In this document: positions 28,638-36,058 of the stretch, piece by piece
Numbering within the stretch: position 1 is the first letter of the stretch
How the letters are laid out: each line of letters starts with the position of its first letter
Assembly: GCA_030619865.1 (NCBI GenBank)
Contig: JAUXAP010000001.1
Location: 2,214 to 66,213, forward strand
Source of the DNA: Dehalococcoidia bacterium
GTDB lineage: Bacteria; Chloroflexota; Dehalococcoidia; Dehalococcoidales; JAUXAP01
Reading direction: 5' to 3'
Length of the DNA: 64,000 nucleotides
Made by a program: the position numbers and the translations under genes
The notes under the pieces: generated by a model
Database searches by the model: none
What the model was told of the DNA's origin: nothing
The model's input: the letters and a program-made list of their open reading frames with translations, nothing else

Positions 28638-28712
28638 GCGGAAGTGGCTCAGCGGTAGAGCATCTCCTTGCCAAGGAGAAGGTCGCGAGTTCGAATCTCG
28701 TCTTCCGCTCCA
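28638..28712 (+). tRNA. tRNA-Gly (anticodon GCC)
   Basis: Hand-folded. Acceptor GCGGAAG/CTTCCGC; anticodon loop TTGCCAA; discriminator T plus CCA. It begins 2 nt after tRNA-Leu. Confidence 0.85.
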
Positions 28713-28738
28713 ATTTTTACCCAAACCCTCCTGACCAA

Positions 28739-29473
28739 TCACAGACCATGGCTCAGTCGAGCCACCAAGCGCATAGGCAATCCATGTTCCACCATTCTGG
28801 CTTGAGTAGCGCCAATGTCATAAGGAATACGGTAGAGCCTGATTATCCTGGTTTCACTGTCATAAATAGCATAGCTGGCTCGGGGGTTACCGTCCCGGGG
28901 TTGCCCCACACCACCGGGGTTAATAATCAATCGGCTCTTGCCCAGTGTAAGCTCGGTATCAGGCAGGAATTGGTTACAGGAACAAGCACCGGTCTCACTA
29001 TAACTGAACACCAGCGGCACATGAGAATGACCCACCAGGCAGAATTGGGTTTGGAAGTAAGCAAAGTTCTCCTTAGCCTCACTGGTTGAGAGGAGATACT
29101 CCCAGATAGGCTCTCTGGGGCTACCGTGCACCAGGGTAAAATCACCCTTGTGGATACTCAAGGGCAGATTTTCCAGATAGTCTACATCCTCAGGGCTTAA
29201 TTGCTGAGCTGTCCAGTGACAGGCAGCGGCTGCCTCAGGGTTAAAATAGGAAGTGTCAAGCTTACCTATAGCCGCCCAATCATGGTTTCCGGCCAGGCAA
29301 ACGTGGTTAGTTTGGCTCAGGAGAGCAATGCACTCGTGTGGATCGGGACCGTAGCCAACAACATCGCCCAAGCACCACACCTCCTCCACCCCGCCACGCT
29401 GTTCAATGTCAGCCAGCACCGCCGTAAAAGCAGCCAGATTTGAATGAATATCAGCAATAATAGCGTAGCGCAT
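28739..29473 (-). CDS. Metallophosphoesterase (calcineurin-like, YfcE/MJ0936-type)
   Basis: IADIHSN, GDVVGYGPDP, GNHD and GHSH metal-ligand motifs occur in order. The start is set at ATG 29473 (MRYAIIADIH); the track ORF starts at TTG 29488. Confidence 0.8.
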   Translation of the reverse strand: MRYAIIADIHSNLAAFTAVLADIEQRGGVEEVWCLGDVVGYGPDPHECIALLSQTNHVCLAGNHDWAAIGKLDTSYFNPEAAAACHWTAQQLSPEDVDYLENLPLSIHKGDFTLVHGSPREPIWEYLLSTSEAKENFAYFQTQFCLVGHSHVPLVFSYSETGACSCNQFLPDTELTLGKSRLIINPGGVGQPRDGNPRASYAIYDSETRIIRLYRIPYDIGATQARMVEHGLPMRLVARLSHGL

Positions 29474-29522
29474 CCTGTTATTAAACAATATAGCAGTTTT
29501 TATACCGCATGCCTAGAGTTGA

Positions 29523-29553
29523 GAGATTGCCTCGCCTTCGGCTCGCAATGACA
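29523..29553 (+). repeat. Solo half-copy of the palindromic repeat family (GAGATTGC...CTCGCAATGACA end)
   Basis: GAGATTGCCTCGCCTTCGGCTCGCAATGACA. Its reverse complement matches 32681-32711 at 29 of 31 positions. A partial echo GGCTGGCAATGACC lies at 29562-29575. Confidence 0.75.
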
Positions 29554-29569
29554 GAAAAAGAGGCTGGCA

Positions 29570-29683
29570 ATGACCAATAAAAGGAACACAGTTCTTTACA
29601 CTGGTATTACTAATGAACTAGGAAGAAGGGGCTACGAGCATAAGGGAAAAAGAGTATTGACAAATAAATATCCTGTGGTATGA
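29570..29683 (+). pseudogene. Truncated GIY-YIG nuclease-family gene remnant
   Basis: My translation is MTNKRNTVLYTGITNELGRRGYEHKGKRVLTNKYPVV*. It matches the central YIG-Arg-Glu block of small GIY-YIG (UPF0213-like) proteins (KRNGTLY[IT]GVTN[DN]LxRRxxEHK...FTKKY). It lacks the N-terminal GIY strand and the C-terminal half. Confidence 0.55.
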
Positions 29684-29684
29684 T
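29657..29684 (+). promoter_or_regulatory. Candidate promoter P1 (TTGACA-N16-TATGAT with extended -10 TGG)
   Basis: TTGACA at 29657-29662 and TATGAT at 29679-29684. It matches P2 at 24 of 29 positions. Confidence 0.45.
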
Positions 29685-29839
29685 AAAAATACAGTTAGCC
29701 TATTGGCAAAGTGAATAAGTTTCCAAGTGAGGTTGAAGGAGGCGAGAGCAAGAAAGAAATTTTCCAGGTTTTGTACCCTTTCATTGCTAACTTTTCCAAC
29801 TTATTTACGTTATAATTATATAGAAAAACAAATTTAGCC

Positions 29840-29867
29840 TTGACAAATAGATTTCTTATGGTATAAT
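29840..29867 (+). promoter_or_regulatory. Candidate promoter P2 (TTGACA-N16-TATAAT with extended -10 TGG) for the surface-protein gene
   Basis: TTGACA at 29840-29845 and TATAAT at 29862-29867, preceded by TGG. It predicts a 5' UTR of about 235 nt before ATG 30108. Confidence 0.55.
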
Positions 29868-30107
29868 ACCTTGCTACACAGTGTTATGTGTGGTATAAAT
29901 ACACTGAAAAGGGGGTGATGCTATGGTAAGAGCCTGAAAGGTCGGCACTTACCTTTATTTATTGGCCGTCCTGGAAGGGAAAGAGTTATTAAACTCAACA
30001 ACAGAAGTTAAAAAATCTTTCCTCTATCAAAGAAAGAATATGAGGTTTCATGTTCTTATTTGTGGAGATAAAGAAATATCCTAATAAGGAGGATAAATTA
30101 AAGGTCG

Positions 30108-32576
30108 ATGAAAAAGAAATTTTCTAGAATACTAGGGGTAGTGGCAACCATCGCCTTGTTGGCCAGCCTGACCTTGTTTGCAGCTCCAGTAAGTGCGATT
30201 AGCCAGGCTACGGTTACCATAACGGATGCTGATGATGACATCAGTATGCCAAATGCTGACTATGCTATCTTCTTCACCATATATGAGGAGCTTGGTTATA
30301 CTGATGCGGATACTTTTGATAAGATCGTTATAACCTTTCCTGAAGACACGGTCATAGCTGCACCTACCGCTACAATTGGTGCATCACCAGGCTGGATTGG
30401 TGGGTCGTGGGATGATGCAACGACAACTAATGTAACCTTTGATTTCGATGCTACCGACCTGACAATTAGCGCCGAGCTGGGTGCAGGCGATGAGATTGGG
30501 GAAAATGCTAGCGTACGGATTGAGATTACCGCTGGTATTACCAATCCCACTACTGAAGGCGACTATACCCTGGACATAGAAACCTTTGCGGAGGATGCGG
30601 CTGTAGATACCTCTATAGAGGATCTGGCAACGTCAGAGACCTACGAAATAGAAGCTCCAACGGTTGACCCACTTCCAGGCATAGTTGAGGTCTACAATCC
30701 AAGCGATACACTCATGGCCGCCTTTACTGGAGACGACGCCGTCATTGATGCCATAACTGCTGCCACTGATGCGGACTGGGTGATAAAGCTTGGCCCGGGC
30801 ACATACTACGACACCGACGACGATTTCAACACTGCCGTTGCTGGTGTGACTTTTGAAGCTGCCGGTGACGTCACCTGGGAGGGCGCCGCGCTCGTTGATG
30901 TTGACGACATAACCATTGATGGCATCATCTTTGATGGTGACCTAACCGTTACCGGTGACGATTTCATCCTTCAGAACGCCGTTATTGATGACGCCGGGAC
31001 ACTGATTATCAATGCCGGTGGCACTGACGCCACGATAGATACCGTCACCTTTAACGTAGAGGATGATGTCGGCATTGAGGTGGATGAGGATGATACCGTA
31101 ATCACTGACTGTACCTTTATCATGGAGGAAAACGGTAGAGGCATCAGCGTTGAAGATGGCGGCACTGATACCGATGTGGAAGATAGCACCTTCACCGGAG
31201 ACGCAGGGGAGGGAGTCGGTATTGAGGTTCTCAATGTCGCTTCAAACCTGGAGGTTGAAGGTAGCACCTTCGACGACCTGGCCACGGCATTTGATATCAA
31301 TGGTGGCACAGCCGACATCACCGGCAACACCATTCAGAACTCGGAGGGTCCAGCCATTGATATTGACGGTGCTGCTTTGGTTACCATTCACAACAACACC
31401 ATCACCGGTAACGACAACTCGGTTATTATCGACATTGCTGACGATACTAATGCTGCCACTACGCTCGCTGACGACGTCTTCATGATGTTCAACACCATTA
31501 CCGACAATGTCGGTGACGAAGATGGCGTGCTGGTGGACAACAACGATGCGGCATCAACGGACGACATTCCCTTCGTCTGTGTCAACAACTGGTGGGGTAA
31601 TGCCGATGGTCCGCCCGAGGGTGAGGACGCCTTTGCAGGCGAAGTGACCTTCGAGCCGTACCTGCCTGGTCCTATAGCAACTTCAGCTATTGAGACCGCT
31701 GTAGCCTTTAACACTCCTGCCGATTTCGAGACTGCAACCAGCGTGATTGTGGAATCAACAGCTGGCGCTGGTGTCATGGATATCGTTGGCGCCGCGCAGT
31801 ATACAGCCAACCCAGTAGCTGCCATTGACAACGCAACTGGCTTCTGGGATGTAAGCGTCATTGATCCTGATGCTGCCATCACTGAAATTACCATCAGGAT
31901 CTACACCACTGTCACCGAGGATACTGAGGTCTGGGTCTGGGGTGAGGCTAGAGGCGAGTGGCTAGAAGCCGTTGACGCGGCAGGTGACCCTAACTATACT
32001 CCCAACCTGTTCGCCGGCTTTATTGCCATCGCGGTTACCGATCTCAGCGTTCCCACCATTGACGACTTAGCGGCACTGCCATTTGTCGTGATTGAGGAGC
32101 CTGCTCTGGCAACTGCGGTAGACATCACCGCTCCAACCATTGGTGCTGTGGACATCTCGGTTACTCCCACCCTTGCCTGGACAGCGGTGGCCGATGCTAC
32201 CTACGAGGTCCAGATAGCCCAGGATGCCACATTCGCCATCTTAGACGAAGCGGCTACCTCACCGACTAATGCCTATATAGTGACGACTGCCCTTGCTGAA
32301 GGCCAGAGCTACTACTGGAGGGTGAGAGCAGTTACCGATGCCGGTGCTGGTGCTTGGGCGACAGGCGTCTTCACTACCGCGACACCAGAACCAGAAGCAG
32401 AACCACCGATAGTCATTGAAGAAGCTCCACCAGCTCCTGAGATAACGGTGACGATACCAGCTCCAACAGTAACACAAGCCATAGATCCAGGATTACTGTG
32501 GGCGATTATCGGAGTTGGTGCGGTACTGGTTATTTCCCTGATTGTCCTGATTGTCAGAACAAGACGGGCAGTATAA
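30108..32576 (+). CDS. Large acidic cell-surface protein: signal peptide, parallel beta-helix repeats, FN3-like domain, Pro-rich linker, C-terminal TM anchor
   Basis: 822 aa. Signal peptide ...LFAAPVSA. It is very D/T/A-rich. Right-handed beta-helix-type repeats are present (ITDCTFIMEENGRGISVEDG..., IEVLNVASNLEVEGSTF, ITGNTIQNSEGPAIDIDGAALVTIHNNTITGN). The FN3-like module has YYWRVRA. The tail is DPGLLWAIIGVGAVLVISLIVLIVRTRRAV. SD AAGGAGG. Confidence 0.85.
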   Translation: MKKKFSRILGVVATIALLASLTLFAAPVSAISQATVTITDADDDISMPNADYAIFFTIYEELGYTDADTFDKIVITFPEDTVIAAPTATIGASPGWIGGSWDDATTTNVTFDFDATDLTISAELGAGDEIGENASVRIEITAGITNPTTEGDYTLDIETFAEDAAVDTSIEDLATSETYEIEAPTVDPLPGIVEVYNPSDTLMAAFTGDDAVIDAITAATDADWVIKLGPGTYYDTDDDFNTAVAGVTFEAAGDVTWEGAALVDVDDITIDGIIFDGDLTVTGDDFILQNAVIDDAGTLIINAGGTDATIDTVTFNVEDDVGIEVDEDDTVITDCTFIMEENGRGISVEDGGTDTDVEDSTFTGDAGEGVGIEVLNVASNLEVEGSTFDDLATAFDINGGTADITGNTIQNSEGPAIDIDGAALVTIHNNTITGNDNSVIIDIADDTNAATTLADDVFMMFNTITDNVGDEDGVLVDNNDAASTDDIPFVCVNNWWGNADGPPEGEDAFAGEVTFEPYLPGPIATSAIETAVAFNTPADFETATSVIVESTAGAGVMDIVGAAQYTANPVAAIDNATGFWDVSVIDPDAAITEITIRIYTTVTEDTEVWVWGEARGEWLEAVDAAGDPNYTPNLFAGFIAIAVTDLSVPTIDDLAALPFVVIEEPALATAVDITAPTIGAVDISVTPTLAWTAVADATYEVQIAQDATFAILDEAATSPTNAYIVTTALAEGQSYYWRVRAVTDAGAGAWATGVFTTATPEPEAEPPIVIEEAPPAPEITVTIPAPTVTQAIDPGLLWAIIGVGAVLVISLIVLIVRTRRAV

Positions 32577-32607
32577 CCAACCGCCTGGTTCGGTAAAACC
32601 GGATACA

Positions 32608-32642
32608 AGAGAGGTCGCTTAAAGCGACCTCTCTTCTTTATT
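32608..32642 (+). terminator. Intrinsic terminator after the first surface-protein gene
   Basis: AGAGAGGTCGC (32608-32618), loop TTAAA, GCGACCTCTCT (32624-32634), followed by TCTTTATT. Confidence 0.75.
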
Positions 32643-32680
32643 ATCTCTTAGTCAGCCGAAAAGTTCTGGCAATTCTTTTG

Positions 32681-32787
32681 TGTCATTGCAAGCCGAAGGC
32701 GAGGCAATCCGACCCTCAAGACCCCGAACCATTCCAGATTCTTCGTCACGTTCCTTCACTTCGTTCAGGACAAGCCTCAGAATGACA
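32681..32787. repeat. MITE-like palindromic element, copy 1 (ends TGTCATTGCAAG ... CCTCAGAATGACA)
   Basis: The left arm TGTCATTGCAAGCCGAAGGCGAGGCAATCC and a degenerate right arm AGATTCTTCGTCACG...CCTCAGAATGACA form an imperfect long hairpin. No coding capacity beyond a spurious ORF. Confidence 0.65.
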
Positions 32788-32794
32788 GGGGCTG

Positions 32795-32870
32795 TGTCAT
32801 TGCGAGGAGCGTTAGCGACGAAGCAATCCCATACACGCTTTGAGATTGCTTCATTACATTCGCAATGACA
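32795..32870. repeat. MITE-like palindromic element, copy 2 (TGTCATTGCGAGG ... TTCGCAATGACA)
   Basis: TGTCATTGCGAGGAGCGTTAGCGACGAAGCAATCC, a 13-nt centre, then GAGATTGCTTCATTACATTCGCAATGACA. The terminal inverted repeats are TGTCATTGCGA/TCGCAATGACA. Confidence 0.75.
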
Positions 32871-32945
32871 GACACGGGGTTGTTAAACACTCTCTAAAGA
32901 CCAACAAAATTGACTTCCTATTAGAGCAAAGGTAAAATTCGCCAT

Positions 32946-35900
32946 GTGGCGAAGATAAAAATTCCCTTCGTATCTTTGACGCTGATTTTGGGGCTGAGCC
33001 TACTCGGTTTCACCAACCTCACCACTCCAGCGAATGCCACCACAAATACGATAGAATGGTCCGGGGTTAATATCCCCACCGAGGGCGAGCCGGGCAACTG
33101 GGTGCTAGCTAGCGGCTCGGACATCCGGCACCTGACCACGACTATTGATGGCACCCTCTACGGCTACGTCAACCCCTCAGGAACAAGCTATACACTATTC
33201 AAGTCTACAGATGGCGGCTATAGCTGGTCATCTACCGGGGAGGTCACGGACGCCATAGTTGCTCTAGCCACTGCTACTGATGATGCCGATATTGTTTGCT
33301 ATGCCACTGCGGCTGATGTCTGGCAATCCACTGATGCCGGTAGTAACTTTAGCCCGCTGCCAACAAATCCGGGTGGGGCTGGCAGCGACAATATTGAAAT
33401 CACCAGCATTGATGCTGCCCGACTGGATAGCAATAGTGTTATCATCATCGGCACCAGAGACACCGATGATTCACAATACGGCGGTGTCTATATCCTGGAC
33501 GAGAACGAGCCGCCCGCCGGTTGGATAAACACCAATATAGGCAACTATGATGTCTGCGCTGTAGCCTGCTCGCCAAACTTTACCGCTAACCGGCAACTCA
33601 TAGCCGTGGTCACTGACGAGCAAGATACCTTTGTTACCACCAAAATTGGTGATACTGGCTGGGGCGAGGTTATCGGTGATGCTACCATTGCCGGGCTGGC
33701 ACCAAGAGCGGCGGCTATTGCCTTCCCTGACGACTACGATGCCACCACTGAGGACTATGTCCTGTTTATGGCTATTGACACTGGCAGTGATAACGGTGAT
33801 GTCTATAAGATTGAGGGGGTGTCAGCACCGGGCAGCTCAGTAGCTACTGACCTTAATATTGGTTCGGCTTATGGCCTGAGCTATGTTGATGTTACCGGGC
33901 TGGCTGCCACCGGTAATGCCATCACTGCTAATCTACTGGCTGGTGCCACCAGTAGCGCCCAGGTCTACATCAGTATTGATGGCGGGAACAACTGGACAAG
34001 GAGCGCTAAAGAGCCAACAGGTCAGACAAAGACCGAGGTGGTTATGGCTTCTGATTTCACTAGCTCCGGCACAGCCTACGCAGCTACCAGTGGTACCGAG
34101 AGTGCTTTTTCCCGCACTACAGATGGCGGTACTGCCTGGAACCAGGTCAGCTTAATTGACACTACAATCGGGATTGGTAACATTCTTGACCTGGCAATAT
34201 CTCCTGACTACAGCCAGAATAAGACCTTATTTATGCTCACCTTCGGCGGAAAGCACAGCTTGTGGCGAAGCTTAAGTGGCGGCGAAAAATGGGAAAGGGT
34301 GTTTACCAGCACCTTGCCTAATGTTGACAGTATTAAGCTGGTTGAGCTTTCCCCTCAATATGGTAATGGCAGTCAGGTAGTCTTCTTAGCCGGGGCTAGT
34401 AATGGCAATCCAGCAATTTGGAAATCAACAGATAACGGACAAATCTTCACCCTCCGAAGTGCCCCGTTTTCCATTGACACATGGGCAGTAGCTGATGATA
34501 CTACCCTGTTTATCGGCAGCTATGATGGCAATAATGGACTGGTCTACCGCACTACTGATAGCGGTGTATCTTACTCTACCGGGGCAACAGCGGGTACTAA
34601 TCCACTAAACTCCATTGTCTTATCACCTGACCATGAGCAGGATGAGACCATTCTGATAGGTAATACCAACGGCTGGGTCTACTGGTCTAGTAATGATGGC
34701 ACCTCATTTGAGCCACTAGGCCAGCAATTACCTGAAGGACTATCACCTACCGACATAAGCAACATAAGCGTTGCCTTTGACCCCAAATTTGATAGCAATA
34801 AAACTGCCTACGCCGCCAGCGAGGCCAAAGCAACAACAGAAAATAAAGACCGTATCTACCGTTTCATCATTGACAAGAGTAATACCTGGGAAAGCATAGA
34901 TAGTACCCTGCCCACCGATAGTATGCTCAACCAACTGATGGTATCAACTGATGGCATATTATATGCAGCTAACTTTATGACTGATGGTGGTATGGAGCGC
35001 TGCCTTAATCCCACATATTCACTGGGTCCGACATTTGAGACAGTAACCCATGGGCTTGATGATGGGTCTACCTTAACCGGACTATGGCTGTGCAACAACA
35101 GATTATGGTCAATTGATACCCAAAATACCGGGTTGATGACCTATATCGATAGTTTAACCCAGAGGGTTGTCCTGGTTTCACCAGCTAATAAGGGAGCAGG
35201 CATAGGTACTGTTATTGATTCCAGTGTTAGAGATGTTAAGCTTGACTGGGAGGTATTAGAGGAAGCTACCAAGTATGAGTGGCAATTTAACGATGAGCGT
35301 GACTTCTCCACTATTCCTACCGAATTTGAGGACGAGACTAAAGCCAGCTCAGCCCGGTTACCAGCTCTCGAGCCAGTTACCAAATACTACTGGCGGGTTA
35401 GAGCCATCAAACCAGTGTTAAGTCCATGGTCAGCCAGGTGGTCATTCACTACCGCTCTTGCTTCCCCTGAGCTTTTGAGCCCTGAGGCTGGTGTAGATGG
35501 GGTGCCGCTAGAACCAGTATTTCAGTGGAGCACTGTAGCTGGGGCAGATAGCTATGAGCTATTAGTGTCTGCTGATGCTTCTTTTGCTAATCCTTTAATC
35601 GCAAAGGTTGGTGTAACCGCCACAGCCTGGCAAAGTGATATAAGCCTAGACCCCGATGCTACCTACTACTGGAAGGTCAGAGCTAATGGGTCTAATAGTT
35701 ATAGTGCCTGGAGTGCTGTTAGTGCCTTCACCACCGAGTCACTACCAGCCCCAGAGCCGTCACTACCGGCTGAGTCATCACCGTCAGAGCCATCACCACA
35801 GGCTGAGTCACCGCCAACACTAGAGCCACCAACGTCTGAGTCATCGCCACCGGCTGATCTACCACCCTCACCACCCCTCATCCAGCTAACCATCCCCGAT

Positions 35901-35987
35901 TGGGCAATATATTCAGGCCTTGCCCTACTACTGACCATAGCTCTACTGTTAATTACCCTGCTGGTGCTGAGAATGAGGCGGTTCTAA
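32946..35987 (+). CDS. Large BNR/Asp-box repeat (beta-propeller) cell-surface protein with two FN3-like domains, P/S/E-rich linker and C-terminal TM anchor; putative S-layer component
   Basis: 1013 aa. GTG start with an N-terminal signal/TM. It has at least 8 Asp-box-like motifs (STDGGYSWS, STDAGSNFS, SIDGGNNWT, TTDGGTAWN, SLSGGEKWE, STDNGQIFT, TTDSGVSYS, SNDGTSFE). Two FN3-like modules carry YYWRVRA and YYWKVRA. The tail is IPDWAIYSGLALLLTIALLLITLLVLRMRRF. Confidence 0.85.
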   Translation: MAKIKIPFVSLTLILGLSLLGFTNLTTPANATTNTIEWSGVNIPTEGEPGNWVLASGSDIRHLTTTIDGTLYGYVNPSGTSYTLFKSTDGGYSWSSTGEVTDAIVALATATDDADIVCYATAADVWQSTDAGSNFSPLPTNPGGAGSDNIEITSIDAARLDSNSVIIIGTRDTDDSQYGGVYILDENEPPAGWINTNIGNYDVCAVACSPNFTANRQLIAVVTDEQDTFVTTKIGDTGWGEVIGDATIAGLAPRAAAIAFPDDYDATTEDYVLFMAIDTGSDNGDVYKIEGVSAPGSSVATDLNIGSAYGLSYVDVTGLAATGNAITANLLAGATSSAQVYISIDGGNNWTRSAKEPTGQTKTEVVMASDFTSSGTAYAATSGTESAFSRTTDGGTAWNQVSLIDTTIGIGNILDLAISPDYSQNKTLFMLTFGGKHSLWRSLSGGEKWERVFTSTLPNVDSIKLVELSPQYGNGSQVVFLAGASNGNPAIWKSTDNGQIFTLRSAPFSIDTWAVADDTTLFIGSYDGNNGLVYRTTDSGVSYSTGATAGTNPLNSIVLSPDHEQDETILIGNTNGWVYWSSNDGTSFEPLGQQLPEGLSPTDISNISVAFDPKFDSNKTAYAASEAKATTENKDRIYRFIIDKSNTWESIDSTLPTDSMLNQLMVSTDGILYAANFMTDGGMERCLNPTYSLGPTFETVTHGLDDGSTLTGLWLCNNRLWSIDTQNTGLMTYIDSLTQRVVLVSPANKGAGIGTVIDSSVRDVKLDWEVLEEATKYEWQFNDERDFSTIPTEFEDETKASSARLPALEPVTKYYWRVRAIKPVLSPWSARWSFTTALASPELLSPEAGVDGVPLEPVFQWSTVAGADSYELLVSADASFANPLIAKVGVTATAWQSDISLDPDATYYWKVRANGSNSYSAWSAVSAFTTESLPAPEPSLPAESSPSEPSPQAESPPTLEPPTSESSPPADLPPSPPLIQLTIPDWAIYSGLALLLTIALLLITLLVLRMRRF

Positions 35988-36058
35988 TCTCCCCAGAAAC
36001 TACCATTCTCCCCTTATTTGAACAGAGGGATTAGAGGAAACGAGGTGGACAACCAATT

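Noticed and set aside
28412-28713. Two minus-strand ORFs (73 and 78 aa) in the track.
   Set aside because: They lie antisense across the tRNA-Trp/Leu/Gly genes. They are artefacts of GC-rich structured RNA genes.
32680-32868. A 62-aa ORF (MSLQAEGEAIRPS...VSLRGALATKQSH...EIASLHSQ) in the spacer between the two surface-protein genes.
   Set aside because: It is composed entirely of the translated palindromic repeat elements. It has no SD, and the peptide pattern is the typical artefact of translating this repeat family.
32681-32870. Possible small CRISPR array, because similar ~30-nt units recur at short spacing.
   Set aside because: The units alternate in orientation (inverted pairs), the spacings are irregular (about 25, 7 and 13 nt), and no cas genes are nearby. 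The pattern fits hairpin-forming MITE-like elements instead.
35740-35880. Apparent DNA periodicity (GAGTCA[CT]C[AG]CC-like units) in the P/S/E-rich linker of the second surface protein.
   Set aside because: These are imperfect, codon-level low-complexity repeats encoding PSEP/AESSP-type linker sequence. I do not regard them as a discrete tandem repeat or a mobile feature.
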